64,000 nt of DNA from an uncultured candidate division Zixibacteria bacterium. GTDB lineage: Bacteria; Zixibacteria; MSB-5A5; GN15; FEB-12. Below the pieces are notes generated by a model. That model did no database searches, was not told the origin of the DNA, and worked only from the letters and a program-made list of their open reading frames with translations. Location: contig OY760907.1 in the NCBI GenBank assembly GCA_963664195.1, positions 736,001 to 800,000 on the forward strand, read 5' to 3'. Every line of letters begins with the position of its first letter. Positions within the stretch are counted from its first letter, which is position 1. Made by a program: the position numbers and the translations under genes. Positions 19,444 to 29,720 of the stretch are shown here, piece after piece.

Positions 19444-20958
19444 ATGTCAGCACAAGATGCCTACAATGAACTAGCCAAACGCGGGAAAGAAATCGCCCTG
19501 CTCGGGTCCATCGGCGGCGTGATCGGCTGGGAAGAACGCACCTACATGCCCCCCAAAGGCGCCCAGCTTCGCGCCGAACAGCAGGAACTTCTCGCCGGTA
19601 TGATCCATGAGAAATTCACCGACCCCAAAATCGGTGACTTGATCTCAGAAGTCGAAGGTTCCGATATCGTCAAAGTCGAGGACTCCCCCGAAGCGGCCAA
19701 TATCCGCGAGCTTCGTCACGACTACGACAAAGAAACCAAGCTGCCGAAGGAACTCGTCGAGGAAATCGCCAAAACGACCTCGCTGGCCCAGAGCAAGTGG
19801 GTCGAGGCTCGTCGCAACAAAGACTTCAAGGCGTTCCAGCCCTGGCTCGAGAAAGTCGTTGCCCTGACGATCAAGTCCGCCGAATGCTACGGCTACGAGG
19901 GTGAACCCTACAACGCCCTGCTCGACAACTACGAGCCGGGCGCAACCACCGAAGAAGTGGCGGCCGTGTTTACGGACCTTCGCAAAGACCTCGTCGAACT
20001 CCTCGGCAAGATCAAGGATGCTCCGAAAAAGCCGGACAAATCGATTGTCGAACGCGTCTACAGAACCGACAAGCAGAAGATTTTCGGCGAGATGGTTGCC
20101 GCGGCGCAGGGGTTCGATTTCAAGGCTGGTCGTCTTGACGTCACCGATCACCCGTTCTGCTCCGGGTTCGGCCCGGGCGACACCCGTATCACCACGCGTT
20201 ACAACCCGCATCGTTTGAATGACGCCCTGTTCGGCATCATGCACGAGGCCGGGCACGCGCTCTACGAGATGGGTATCGAAAAAGAGAAGCATTTCGGTAT
20301 GCCGATGGGTGAATCAACCTCGCTGGGTATCCATGAATCCCAGTCCCGCATGTGGGAAAACCAGGTCGGCCGCTCCAAGGAATTCTGGCAGTACTTCTTC
20401 CCGCAGGCGCAGCGGATTTTCCGTGAGTCTCTGCAGGATGTCAAACTCGACGATTTCTACGGCGCGATTAACAACGTTGAACCGTCGTTCATCCGTGTCG
20501 AGGCCGACGAGGCCACCTACAACCTGCATATCATGCTTCGGTTCGAGCTGGAGCGCGATCTGGTCAAGGGCAACCTGAAGCCGGCTGACGTTGAGGGTGA
20601 ATGGAACAAGCGGTTCAAAGAGTATTTCGGCATCGAGGTTGATAACGTGTCCAACGGTTGTCTTCAGGACGTCCATTGGTCGGCGGGCCTGCTGGGATAT
20701 TTCCCGACATACGCCCTCGGTAACCTGTACTCGGCGCAGTTCTTTGCGAAGGCGACCGAGGATATCGACGATCTGTCGGGCAAGATTGCGACCGGTGATT
20801 TGGCGACGTTACGTGAGTGGCTGCGCGAGAACATCCACAAGCACGGCCGTCGTTACCGCGCGAAGGTGCTCGGCGAGAAGGTGACCGGGCAGACGTTGTC
20901 CCACAAGCCGCTGATGGATTACATGAACAAGAAGTACGGCGAGATTTACGGGATATAA
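19444..20958 (+). CDS. Carboxypeptidase M32 (Taq-type)
   Basis: HPF, HEAGHALYE, HESQSR, IRVEADE, QDVHW and GYFPTY motifs. Confidence 0.96.
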   Translation: MSAQDAYNELAKRGKEIALLGSIGGVIGWEERTYMPPKGAQLRAEQQELLAGMIHEKFTDPKIGDLISEVEGSDIVKVEDSPEAANIRELRHDYDKETKLPKELVEEIAKTTSLAQSKWVEARRNKDFKAFQPWLEKVVALTIKSAECYGYEGEPYNALLDNYEPGATTEEVAAVFTDLRKDLVELLGKIKDAPKKPDKSIVERVYRTDKQKIFGEMVAAAQGFDFKAGRLDVTDHPFCSGFGPGDTRITTRYNPHRLNDALFGIMHEAGHALYEMGIEKEKHFGMPMGESTSLGIHESQSRMWENQVGRSKEFWQYFFPQAQRIFRESLQDVKLDDFYGAINNVEPSFIRVEADEATYNLHIMLRFELERDLVKGNLKPADVEGEWNKRFKEYFGIEVDNVSNGCLQDVHWSAGLLGYFPTYALGNLYSAQFFAKATEDIDDLSGKIATGDLATLREWLRENIHKHGRRYRAKVLGEKVTGQTLSHKPLMDYMNKKYGEIYGI

Positions 20959-21157
20959 GACGTAGTCTTGATGGATTGATTTTTCTAGCCGGTGGGTGCT
21001 GACTGCGCCCGCCGGTTATTTTGTCCACGGCATGCATCCCCCCCCTGAATAAAAGCATTGCTTCTCTGTAATCGTTAAGATAGCTTTGCCTACGGGCCGG
21101 TCTGTATAAGACAGCTCACTGAACTGGATATTCGACTGATTTACGAGTGGTGCACAC

Positions 21158-22531
21158 ATGCGAATAGTTGTTGTTGGCGGCGGTGTTGTCGGGTCCTCCC
21201 TGGCCGAACATCTTCTGGCAGACGGTCATAACCTGGCCATGATCGAAAGGGATTCCAAGCTCTGTCAGACCCTGGCCGAAAAGCACGACATGCAGATTCT
21301 CACCGGATCCGGCTCCTCTCCCCGTCTGCTCAAAGAGGCGGGTCTCGCAGGCTCCGATCTCGTGATCGCCGTCACGCCGAACGACGAGCTGAACATGGTC
21401 GTCTGCTCGATCGCGCAACAACAGGGTGTTTCGCAGCGGATCGCACGTCTTCGGAGTCGTGAGTATCGCACACAGAACCCGTTTTTTGATATTGAACGAG
21501 CGGGCGTAACTGACGTCATCCATCCTGAGAAAGTCATGGTGGACCATATCCGTCAGTTCATCACCACTCCCCACGCGGTGGAATCGGCCAATTTTGAGGA
21601 CGGCCAGGTGCTGCTTCGCGGGTACAGTATTCGCCCGGACATGGGACTCTGCGGCAAGACACCCAAGGAGATTCGAGAGCAGACCGATTCGGTAGTGTTG
21701 TTGTTTGCCGCGATCATACGCGCCGGCAAAGGGATGATACCTGACGGCAATACGGTGATCAAGGCAGGCGACATCGTTTACACGCTTTTCCCTCGTCAGT
21801 CACTCGATGGCTTCCTGAAACTGGTCGGACAGGAGAAGAAAAAGAGCCGCAAGATCGTCATTACGGGCGATTCTTACGCGTTGATGGAAATGTCCCGAGC
21901 CATGCAGGATAGCGAGAACAAGGTCGTTATCGTCAACCGACATCTCGAACAGGCAAACAAGATAGCCGGCATGTTCGAAAATATCGAAGTCATCCATGGC
22001 GACTGCACCGACGCCGACCTGCTACGCGATCTCAATATCGACACCGCGTCATATTTCATCGCCGTTTCAGGCGAAGCGGACTATAACATGCTCTCGGCCC
22101 TGCTTGCCAAGGCGGAAGGGGCCCACGAGGTGATCGCGATTTCACCGGACTCGCAGCATGACCGCCTGTTTAGATCAATCGGGCTGGATCACGTGATCAA
22201 CCCTCGCTTGACCGCCGCTCGTGAGATCCTCGAAAAGATTTCCATAGGACAAATCGGGGCTGCCGTTCAATTGTCCAATATCGACATTGAGGTTGTTCGG
22301 TTCGATGTAGAGGCAAACAGCGATATCGCCGGGTTGAAAATCAGGAGCGTTGCCAAGAAGCTCAAAAGAGGCTCGATCGTTGGTGTGATTGTCCGCCAGA
22401 ACCGGATGATCCTTCCCGACGGCGAGACCGTTGTAGAAGCCGGCGACCACTTGATTGTGATCACGCACACGAAGAACATCGAGGCAGTCGCCAGACTCTT
22501 CAAGCCGAGACGATTCCTGAGTCGGAGATAG
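21158..22531 (+). CDS. trkA: Trk potassium uptake NAD-binding subunit
   Basis: GGGVVG Rossmann motif, duplicated RCK_N/RCK_C, 457 aa, adjacent to trkH. Confidence 0.93.
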   Translation: MRIVVVGGGVVGSSLAEHLLADGHNLAMIERDSKLCQTLAEKHDMQILTGSGSSPRLLKEAGLAGSDLVIAVTPNDELNMVVCSIAQQQGVSQRIARLRSREYRTQNPFFDIERAGVTDVIHPEKVMVDHIRQFITTPHAVESANFEDGQVLLRGYSIRPDMGLCGKTPKEIREQTDSVVLLFAAIIRAGKGMIPDGNTVIKAGDIVYTLFPRQSLDGFLKLVGQEKKKSRKIVITGDSYALMEMSRAMQDSENKVVIVNRHLEQANKIAGMFENIEVIHGDCTDADLLRDLNIDTASYFIAVSGEADYNMLSALLAKAEGAHEVIAISPDSQHDRLFRSIGLDHVINPRLTAAREILEKISIGQIGAAVQLSNIDIEVVRFDVEANSDIAGLKIRSVAKKLKRGSIVGVIVRQNRMILPDGETVVEAGDHLIVITHTKNIEAVARLFKPRRFLSRR

Positions 22532-22534
22532 ACG

Positions 22535-24133
22535 ATGCATAAATCGGCGGTTGGTTACGCGGTTGGCAAACTGATGCAGGTGCTGGGAATGCTGCTACTT
22601 GTCCCGCTTGCCCTGGCAATCTACGATTACCGACGTTGGCCATTGAACGAGATTTTCATCGAGCCGGACGTGTTTGGTTTTATCTTCTCGTCCCTGCTCT
22701 GCATCGTGCTCGGCACTATTCTCTCCCGGAAACTCAAAGAAGGTCGCCAGTTGCAGGGTCCGCGAGAGGGGTTCGCTATTGTTACGATCGGTTGGATCAG
22801 TCTGACCTTTTTCAGCGCCCTGCCGTTGTGTTTTTATCTCATGGCTGAGGGCGGCAGTGATTTCGGTTCACTGATTTCGAGTTTCACCGATGCGTATTTC
22901 GAGTTGATGTCCGGCTACACTACCACGGGCGCGACGATTTTGACTGACATCGAAGCCATTCCACGATCACTGTTGTTCCTCAGGGCACTCTCCCACTGGC
23001 TCGGCGGCATGGGAATTATCACACTGGCAATAGCGGTATTCCCCTCGATGGGCGTCACGGCCTATTCAATGTTCCGTAGCGAGGTCCCCGGCCCCAGCAC
23101 CGACAGACTGGCTCCCCGACTGGCACAGACGACCTCTGTCCTCTGGGGTGTGTACGTACTGTTGACGGCGGCTGAGACAGGGCTGCTCTGGCTGGGAGGG
23201 ATGGATATATTCGATTCCGTGTGCCATGCCTTTGCGACCATGGCTACCGGCGGTTTCTCCACCCAAAATGCCTCGATAGCAGCCTACCACTCAGACTATA
23301 TCGAATGGATTATCACGATCTTCATGTATTTCGCAGGGATCAATTTCCTGCTGCATTTCCGGGCGTTACGCGGCGATCTGCGTTTCATGTTCCGTGATCG
23401 AGAGTTTCGATTCTACACCGCAGTGATTGTCGTCACGATAGCAGTGTCCACGGCCGTGTTGTACTTTGGCGGTCTCTCTCCCAAAGAGACGGCTCTGGAG
23501 AGTTATCGCAGCACCCCGATGACGGCCGAGCAGTTCACGGATCATTACGAGACGCAGGCCGGAGAACTCGAGTCGTTCTATTCCACGGTGCGGATAGCGG
23601 CTTTCCAAACGCTGTCAATTGTCACCACCACCGGCTTTGTCACGGCCGATTTCGACCTGTGGCCGAGTACGCTGACGTTTCTTCTGGTGCTGCTCATGTT
23701 CTTCGGCGGGTGCGCGGGGTCTACCGGCGGCGGCATTAAGATGATTCGCATAATAGTCGTGATCAAAGTTGCCTGGACTCAGATCCGAAAGATGTCGCAA
23801 CCACGACTGGTGGCTCCGGTCAAGATCGGCGATCAAGTCATGGAGGATAGCCTCGTGGTCAACGTTGTGGCGTTCTTCATCCTGTTCATCGGACTGTTTG
23901 TGATAACCTCCCTTCTGATGACGTTGTTTGTACCTGATCTGATAACAGCAGCTACATGCACTATTGCCACAATAGGCAATATCGGACCGGGGCTGGGCGG
24001 TGTGGGCGCCATAGAAAACTACTCGTGGATACCCATTCCGGGGAAGTGGTTGCTGGTGCTCTCAATGCTGCTCGGGCGGCTCGAGATCTTCACCGTGCTG
24101 ATCATATTCAGACCCTCTGTCTGGCGCCGTTGA
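22535..24133 (+). CDS. trkH: Trk potassium uptake membrane protein
   Basis: SGYTTTGAT, WLGGMGII, TGGFS, GGCAGSTGGGIK, GNIGPG and GRLE motifs. Confidence 0.95.
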   Translation: MHKSAVGYAVGKLMQVLGMLLLVPLALAIYDYRRWPLNEIFIEPDVFGFIFSSLLCIVLGTILSRKLKEGRQLQGPREGFAIVTIGWISLTFFSALPLCFYLMAEGGSDFGSLISSFTDAYFELMSGYTTTGATILTDIEAIPRSLLFLRALSHWLGGMGIITLAIAVFPSMGVTAYSMFRSEVPGPSTDRLAPRLAQTTSVLWGVYVLLTAAETGLLWLGGMDIFDSVCHAFATMATGGFSTQNASIAAYHSDYIEWIITIFMYFAGINFLLHFRALRGDLRFMFRDREFRFYTAVIVVTIAVSTAVLYFGGLSPKETALESYRSTPMTAEQFTDHYETQAGELESFYSTVRIAAFQTLSIVTTTGFVTADFDLWPSTLTFLLVLLMFFGGCAGSTGGGIKMIRIIVVIKVAWTQIRKMSQPRLVAPVKIGDQVMEDSLVVNVVAFFILFIGLFVITSLLMTLFVPDLITAATCTIATIGNIGPGLGGVGAIENYSWIPIPGKWLLVLSMLLGRLEIFTVLIIFRPSVWRR

Positions 24134-24220
24134 CGCTCGTTACCTGCCCACCTCGACAACTTTCGTGAAACGATAGTAGTGCTGAGGTTTACCAAGGGGT
24201 GGGAGATACCGGGCGGGCGC

Positions 24221-24245
24221 GGAACTACGGGAGCCGCTCTTCGTT
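24221..24245 (+). promoter_or_regulatory. Candidate ECF-sigma promoter
   Basis: GGAAC-N16-CGTT about 30 nt upstream of the metallophosphoesterase start. Confidence 0.45.
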
Positions 24246-24277
24246 TACAGATGAAACACTCGGGAAGGTCAATATAG

Positions 24278-25474
24278 ATGGCGCACAGGTTATTTTTCGT
24301 ACTCTTTATCATCGCTGTACTCCTGGGCCTAGGTCTCATGGTAGTCGTGCTCCTTCGCCATTTCAACAAGGTCTGGTGGGAAAGAAAATGGGTGCGGAGC
24401 TCGGCCTGGGCGTTGCCGATACTTGGCATATCTTCATTCACCGTGTTCGCATCGATGCCCGACCCGCACCACTCGACATTGGCCTTTGCAACAATGGCCA
24501 CCGCGATGATAGTGGCGACCTGCGAGCTATCACTAGTTGTCGCTCTGCCCATATCCGGTCTCTTTCATCTGGCCGACAGTCTGATTCATCGCTGGAAATC
24601 CAGAAAAACGGCCGAGCAGGATCAACCCCATGAAGGCCGTCGACGCTTCCTCAAACGAACCGCTGTCGCTGTGCCGCTGCTGACGCTTACTACCGATGCT
24701 TACGGTATCGGGCGAGCGTTTGGCGATGTCAACGTGACGGTCAAACGGTTCAAGTACGCCGGGCTTCCGGCTGCACTGGACGGGCTTCGCATTCTCCATC
24801 TGTCAGATTTGCACCTGTCGGTGTATGTAAATCTCACCGATCTGGAGCAGATACTGACCGATGCGGCAAAACACTCCCCTGATTTGATACTCGTCACGGG
24901 GGATATCGCCGACGATTTGCGGCTGCTGCCCGACGCAATCAGAATGCTGGACTCAGCCCGCGCCCCTCTTGGGGCGTACGCGTCCCTGGGGAACCATGAG
25001 CATTTCCGGGGCGTACAGCAGGTAGTTCACGCTTTCTCAGGCTCTCCGGTCCTCCTGCTGGTCGATGAGGGTCGGCGCATTGAGATCGGTGATAGCACCC
25101 TGTACCTGGCGGGCATTGATGATCCGGTGACCATGCGGGATATCCGCGAGGACTACTTCGTAAATTCCATAGGCAAGGCGCTGGTGGACCGTGACTCGGA
25201 AGCGTTCACCATTCTCATGAGCCACCGTCCGAACGCATTTGACGAGGCGGAAACACACGGTATTGACCTGACGCTGGCCGGTCACACCCACGGCGCCCAG
25301 CTCGGACTCGGTGGCCGATCGCTGTTGGAAAGCTCTTTTCCGACCAGTTATCTGTGGGGACACTACCGGAAAAACGCCGCCCAGTTGTACACTTCGTCGG
25401 GTGCCGGCCACTGGTTCCCGTTCCGATTGGGGTGTCCGACTGAGGCCCCGGTGATCGAATTGAACAGAGAGTAG
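24278..25474 (+). CDS. Membrane-anchored metallophosphoesterase (YkuE-like)
   Basis: N-terminal TM helices and RRRFLK; DLH, TGD, GNHE, HRP and GHTHG motifs. Confidence 0.9.
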   Translation: MAHRLFFVLFIIAVLLGLGLMVVVLLRHFNKVWWERKWVRSSAWALPILGISSFTVFASMPDPHHSTLAFATMATAMIVATCELSLVVALPISGLFHLADSLIHRWKSRKTAEQDQPHEGRRRFLKRTAVAVPLLTLTTDAYGIGRAFGDVNVTVKRFKYAGLPAALDGLRILHLSDLHLSVYVNLTDLEQILTDAAKHSPDLILVTGDIADDLRLLPDAIRMLDSARAPLGAYASLGNHEHFRGVQQVVHAFSGSPVLLLVDEGRRIEIGDSTLYLAGIDDPVTMRDIREDYFVNSIGKALVDRDSEAFTILMSHRPNAFDEAETHGIDLTLAGHTHGAQLGLGGRSLLESSFPTSYLWGHYRKNAAQLYTSSGAGHWFPFRLGCPTEAPVIELNRE

Positions 25475-25687
25475 TACTACCATTTTGCCCGAAAGGGTCA
25501 TTTCCCCTATGAAAAGGACCTTTTTTTTCGGAGCCTCAGATAATTTTTTCTTGCAAACATATTAAAAAAAACAGTTTTTCTCTCTGGAGAGAAGGTGTGA
25601 GAAGCCTTTCGCAAGAGTACAGGGATAGAAACTAACGAAACAATGCGCGAATAGAAGTAGATCAACTCAACGCTAAAGGAGCATCTT

Positions 25688-26239
25688 ATGGCAGTTGCCA
25701 AGAAAAAGCCCGCCAAGAAGAAAGCCGTTGCGAAGAAAAAGCCGGCGAAGAAGGTTGCGGCGAAGAAGAAAGTCGTAGCGAAGAAGAAGGTAGTCGCCAA
25801 GAAGAAGGCTGCTCCGAAGAAAAAAGTCGCTGCCAAAAAGAAAGTCGTCGCCAAGAAGAAGGTAGTCGCCAAGAAGAAGGCTGCCCCGAAGAAAAAAGTC
25901 GCTGCCAAAAAGAAAGTCGTAGCGAAAAAGAAGGTAGTCGCCAAAAAGAAAGCCGCCCCGAAGAAAAAGGTCGCCAAGAAAGCCAAACGTAAACCGAACG
26001 CGGCTTTTATGCGTCCGATGGAACTCTCGGCGGACCTCCAGATGGTCGTCGGCGCGAAGCCGATCCCGCGCACCGAGGTCACCAAAAAACTCTGGGAGTA
26101 CATCAAAAAGAACAGTCTGCAGGACGCCAAGAACAAGCGCATGATCAACGCTGACGACAAGCTGAAGAAGATCTTCGGCGGCAAGAAAGTTGTTTCTATG
26201 TTTGAGATGACCAAGTTGGTCTCCAAGCACATGAAATAG
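25688..26239 (+). CDS. SWIB/MDM2 domain protein with a long histone-H1-like Lys/Ala/Val repeat N-terminus
   Basis: About 100 aa of KKKxxx repeats, then NAAFMRP..LS..L..VVG...RTEVTKKLWEYIKKN.LQD..NKRMINAD. Confidence 0.92.
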   Translation: MAVAKKKPAKKKAVAKKKPAKKVAAKKKVVAKKKVVAKKKAAPKKKVAAKKKVVAKKKVVAKKKAAPKKKVAAKKKVVAKKKVVAKKKAAPKKKVAKKAKRKPNAAFMRPMELSADLQMVVGAKPIPRTEVTKKLWEYIKKNSLQDAKNKRMINADDKLKKIFGGKKVVSMFEMTKLVSKHMK

Positions 26240-26270
26240 GGAATTGATCTGACCTCTTGCACGACATCTC

Positions 26271-26302
26271 AAAAGGGCCTGCCAACCGGCGGGCCTTTTT
26301 TT
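26271..26302 (+). terminator. Intrinsic terminator after the SWIB gene
   Basis: AAAAGGGCCTGCC-aacc-GGCGGGCCTTTTTTT. Confidence 0.85.
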
Positions 26303-26533
26303 ATATCACTAGTGACCCGACCCGCTTCGCGATATATCGAGTATTATCCCATTCAGTAGCCTACCGCCTGCGGTGGGAACTTGACATTCAAGCGGTGCTA
26401 TTTCAGTCCGCCTCGGTACCCCACAGCTTGCTGAGGAATCCAGACATGCTGACTGACTGGTCAAGGTTGACAATGCCCTCCCCGGTCGCGTATCTTGATG
26501 GCAATCCTCAACCACCACACTATCTGGAGGGAT

Positions 26534-27097
26534 ATGAGATTTCCGCAACGACCTCGCCAGACCCTCGTCGCAATCGTGGCGTGCGCTCTGGTACTCATGA
26601 CGCTCCTGATAGGTTGTGCCAAGCACTTCTGGGCGTACTCGAGTGTTCCGACCGAGATACGCCGCAAGACTTACTTCCTTCAATTCGACGTCAGTCCAAT
26701 CGGGAGATCGCTAACTCTGGGCGATTCGATTGCCGGCTTTCCAACGAATGACCGGGCTGACACGCTGTTCTTCTTTTCTGTCACCGTTTGCGAGCGCGAT
26801 ACTCTCAGCAATCCTCGATTGTCAATGGAAGTCACCGATGTCAAGATTACCGGACTCCGGGATAAGGTCCTCTTACAAATCGGTCAGGCTTGGGAAACAG
26901 CCACCGAGCGGGGCGCACGTGGCTGGGGCGATACCTGGCAACGTCAAGCCTTCGGCCCTATTCCCCTTCCTCCTCCGCGACCGGACTCCATAGCCGTCCA
27001 TGCCGTTATAGTCATCAGAGAGAAGCAAAGCGGGATGGTAGTAGACAGCCTCAACCAAGAGATAAGGGGAGAGTTGAGAAGGATCAGGTTACTGTGA
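26534..27097 (+). CDS. Hypothetical lipoprotein
   Basis: GGAGG RBS; hydrophobic signal ending in the LLIGC lipobox. Confidence 0.6.
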   Translation: MRFPQRPRQTLVAIVACALVLMTLLIGCAKHFWAYSSVPTEIRRKTYFLQFDVSPIGRSLTLGDSIAGFPTNDRADTLFFFSVTVCERDTLSNPRLSMEVTDVKITGLRDKVLLQIGQAWETATERGARGWGDTWQRQAFGPIPLPPPRPDSIAVHAVIVIREKQSGMVVDSLNQEIRGELRRIRLL

Positions 27098-27128
27098 CGT
27101 TGGACCTTTCCTGAGTTCGACATCCCGT

Positions 27129-27195
27129 CGCGTGCCACCCTCAAACGTTTCTGAACTCTTTCCATTGGCGATTCGCCTGCCGATTTTGAGGGTGT
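27129..27195. repeat. REP-like element, family D (CGCGTGCCACCCTCAAACGTTTC...TTTGAGGGTG)
   Basis: The first 23 bp are identical at 31000-31022, and that copy has the same closing arm at 31056-31066. Confidence 0.75.
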
Positions 27196-27301
27196 CTTCT
27201 GGTCGCTAAGCTGGGGCAGATTAGCACCTGCCGTCCACAAACTCGGTGTCGATCTATCAGGACATCGCACCTTCTTCGTGCCCTCTCGAGAGGGGTGGCC
27301 C

Positions 27302-27357
27302 GTAGGGCCGGGGTGTGTTCGCTGACCGTGGCGGGTTCGAAGACGGACCCGCCCTAC
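27302..27357. repeat. REP-like element, family B (GTAGGGC...GCCCTAC)
   Basis: Related GTAGGG...CCCTACAAG elements at 45576-45694 and 46537-46643. Confidence 0.7.
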
Positions 27358-27536
27358 AAGATTCCCCCTAAACCCCTGAAAACAAACCTGATACAGACCG
27401 TCGGATTTTGGCAAACTCCACTGGATTTTTGTAGCAAAAGGAGTATATTCGGCGGCAACAGAAAGGCCCGCTCGGAGCCTTATCCGAACGGCCCCATAGC
27501 ACTTGCAGTAGACTTTTATCCAGTGAGGTAGATACA

Positions 27537-28781
27537 GTGTCGATTGTACGCCCCTTCAAAGGCCTGCGGCCCAAGCCTGAATTGGCCGCCAGAGTAGCCT
27601 CTCCCCCGTACGATGTCCTCTCAAGCGACGAGGCACGGGCGATGGCCGCCAATAATCCAGATTCGTTTCTTCGTGTTAATAAAGCCGAAATCGATTTTGA
27701 ACCGGGCGTAGACTCCTACTCCGAGCAGGTCTACCAGCGTGGCAAGGACAACCTGCAGCGGTTAATCGATGACGGTATCATGGTGCGCGATGAAAAGCCA
27801 TGCCTCTACCTCTACCGCCTGACCTGGAAAGGCCAGAGCCAGACCGGCTTGGTCACGTTGACCTCGGTCGAGGAATACGACGCCGGCTTGATCAAAAAGC
27901 ACGAGCACACCCGTCCGGAGAAGGTCAGCGACCGTGCCAACCATATCTCCTTCCTGGAGGCCCAGGTCGGACCGGTATTCTCGACTTTCCGTTTCGACGA
28001 AACTGTCGACGCCGTCTTCAAGAAAGTCCAGGCCAGCCCGGCCACGACCGATTTTACCGCTGACGACGGTGTCCGTCATGAGCTGTGGGTGGTCAGCGAT
28101 GACGCTCAGATAAACGAGATTGTCAAGGCCTTTGGCGCGCTGCCGTGTCTATATATTGCCGATGGACACCATCGCAGCCAGTCTGCCTCAGAGGTCTGCC
28201 GCAGGATGAAAGAGAAGAACGCCAATCACACCGGCAAGGAACCGTACAACTTCTTCTTGAACGTACTGTTCGCCGACAAAGAACTGCGCATTCTCTCCTA
28301 CAACCGTGTGGTCAAGGATCAGAACGGTCTCCCGGCCAACGGTGTGGCGGAAATGTCCGGTCACTGGTTTGATACCGAAGCGGTCGACGGTCCGGTTGAT
28401 CCGAAAAACCCGAACGAGTTCGGTCTGTATGTCGGACACCAGTGGTACCTGATGAAAGCCAAAGACGGCTCCTACGATGCGAACCATCCGACCGAATCGA
28501 TAGATGCTGCTATCCTGGCTAAGAATTTCCTCGGCCCGGTGCTCGGCATCAAAGACCCGCGAACTGACAAACGAATCGATTTTGTCGGCGGGATCAGAGG
28601 CGTCAAGGAACTCGTAAAACTGGTGGAGTCCGGCGAATACAAAGTCGCCTTCTCCCTGTACCCGACCTCGATTGCCCAACTGTTGACCGTCGCCGACGCT
28701 GGTGAAGTCATGCCTCCGAAGTCAACCTGGTTTGAGCCGAAACTCCGTAGCGGCATGGTCGTGAACTTGCTGAAAGACTAG
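27537..28781 (+). CDS. DUF1015 family protein
   Basis: PPYDV, IKKHE.TRPEK, YIADGHHR and MPPKSTWFEPKLRSG motifs. Confidence 0.93.
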   Translation: MSIVRPFKGLRPKPELAARVASPPYDVLSSDEARAMAANNPDSFLRVNKAEIDFEPGVDSYSEQVYQRGKDNLQRLIDDGIMVRDEKPCLYLYRLTWKGQSQTGLVTLTSVEEYDAGLIKKHEHTRPEKVSDRANHISFLEAQVGPVFSTFRFDETVDAVFKKVQASPATTDFTADDGVRHELWVVSDDAQINEIVKAFGALPCLYIADGHHRSQSASEVCRRMKEKNANHTGKEPYNFFLNVLFADKELRILSYNRVVKDQNGLPANGVAEMSGHWFDTEAVDGPVDPKNPNEFGLYVGHQWYLMKAKDGSYDANHPTESIDAAILAKNFLGPVLGIKDPRTDKRIDFVGGIRGVKELVKLVESGEYKVAFSLYPTSIAQLLTVADAGEVMPPKSTWFEPKLRSGMVVNLLKD

Positions 28782-28804
28782 TATCTTAATTAAGGAATAG
28801 AAAC

Positions 28805-29689
28805 ATGCTTATACTCATTTCTGACGCTTTCGATGATGCCCTTCCGGGCAAGCTCGCCAAGTTCGGCGACGTTACCGATGACCAGGGCCGTCTGGCCGAG
28901 GCTGAGATCGTCCTGATCCGCAGCAAGACCAAGGTCACCAAGGAGTATGTTGACTCCGCCCCGAAACTGAAGATGGTCATTCGCGGCGGTGTGGGCCTCG
29001 ACAATGTCGATATCCCGTACGCCAACAGCAAGGGAATCGCCGTGCACAATACTGCCGACGCCTCTTCTGTAGCCGTGGCCGAGTTGGCGTTCGCGCTGAT
29101 GATCGCGATGCCGAACCACGTCACTCGCGCCGACGCCACCATGCGTGACAAAGAGTGGGCCAAGAAGCAGCTCAAGCGCACTGAACTGCTGGGTAAGACG
29201 CTCGGTATCCTCGGACTGGGCCGTATCGGTTCCGCCCTGGCTTCCCGGGCCAAGGCTTTTGGCATGAACGTAATCGCGTATGACCCGTATGTCTACTTCT
29301 CAGATTTCGCGCAGATGAGAAGCGATCTGGATGAAGTCCTCGCCGAATCCGATTACATTTCGATGCACATGCCCCTGCTCGACAGCACCAAGGGACTGAT
29401 CAACAAGGACAAGATCGCAAAGATGAAAGACGGTGCCTTTATCGTCAACACCGGTCGCGGCAAGACGATCGTCGAGGCCGATGTAGCCGAAGCTCTCAAA
29501 AGCGGCAAACTCGGCGGTTTCGGTAACGATGTCTGGTACTCCGATCCCCCGGATTGGGATTCCACTCCGCTGCTCGACGCTCCGAACTGTGTCTTTGCGC
29601 CGCATATCGGTGCCTCGACCAAAGAGAACATGGGACGTATCGGCCAGATGGTTGAAGGCCTGATCAGCGCCTATGTGGCAAGCAAGTAA
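28805..29689 (+). CDS. serA: D-3-phosphoglycerate dehydrogenase, short form without ACT domain
   Basis: GVGLDNVD, GLGRIG, NTGRG and PHIGAST motifs; next to serC. Confidence 0.8.
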   Translation: MLILISDAFDDALPGKLAKFGDVTDDQGRLAEAEIVLIRSKTKVTKEYVDSAPKLKMVIRGGVGLDNVDIPYANSKGIAVHNTADASSVAVAELAFALMIAMPNHVTRADATMRDKEWAKKQLKRTELLGKTLGILGLGRIGSALASRAKAFGMNVIAYDPYVYFSDFAQMRSDLDEVLAESDYISMHMPLLDSTKGLINKDKIAKMKDGAFIVNTGRGKTIVEADVAEALKSGKLGGFGNDVWYSDPPDWDSTPLLDAPNCVFAPHIGASTKENMGRIGQMVEGLISAYVASK

Positions 29690-29720
29690 CGAAGACTATT
29701 TTTGAAAAAGAGGCAATACA

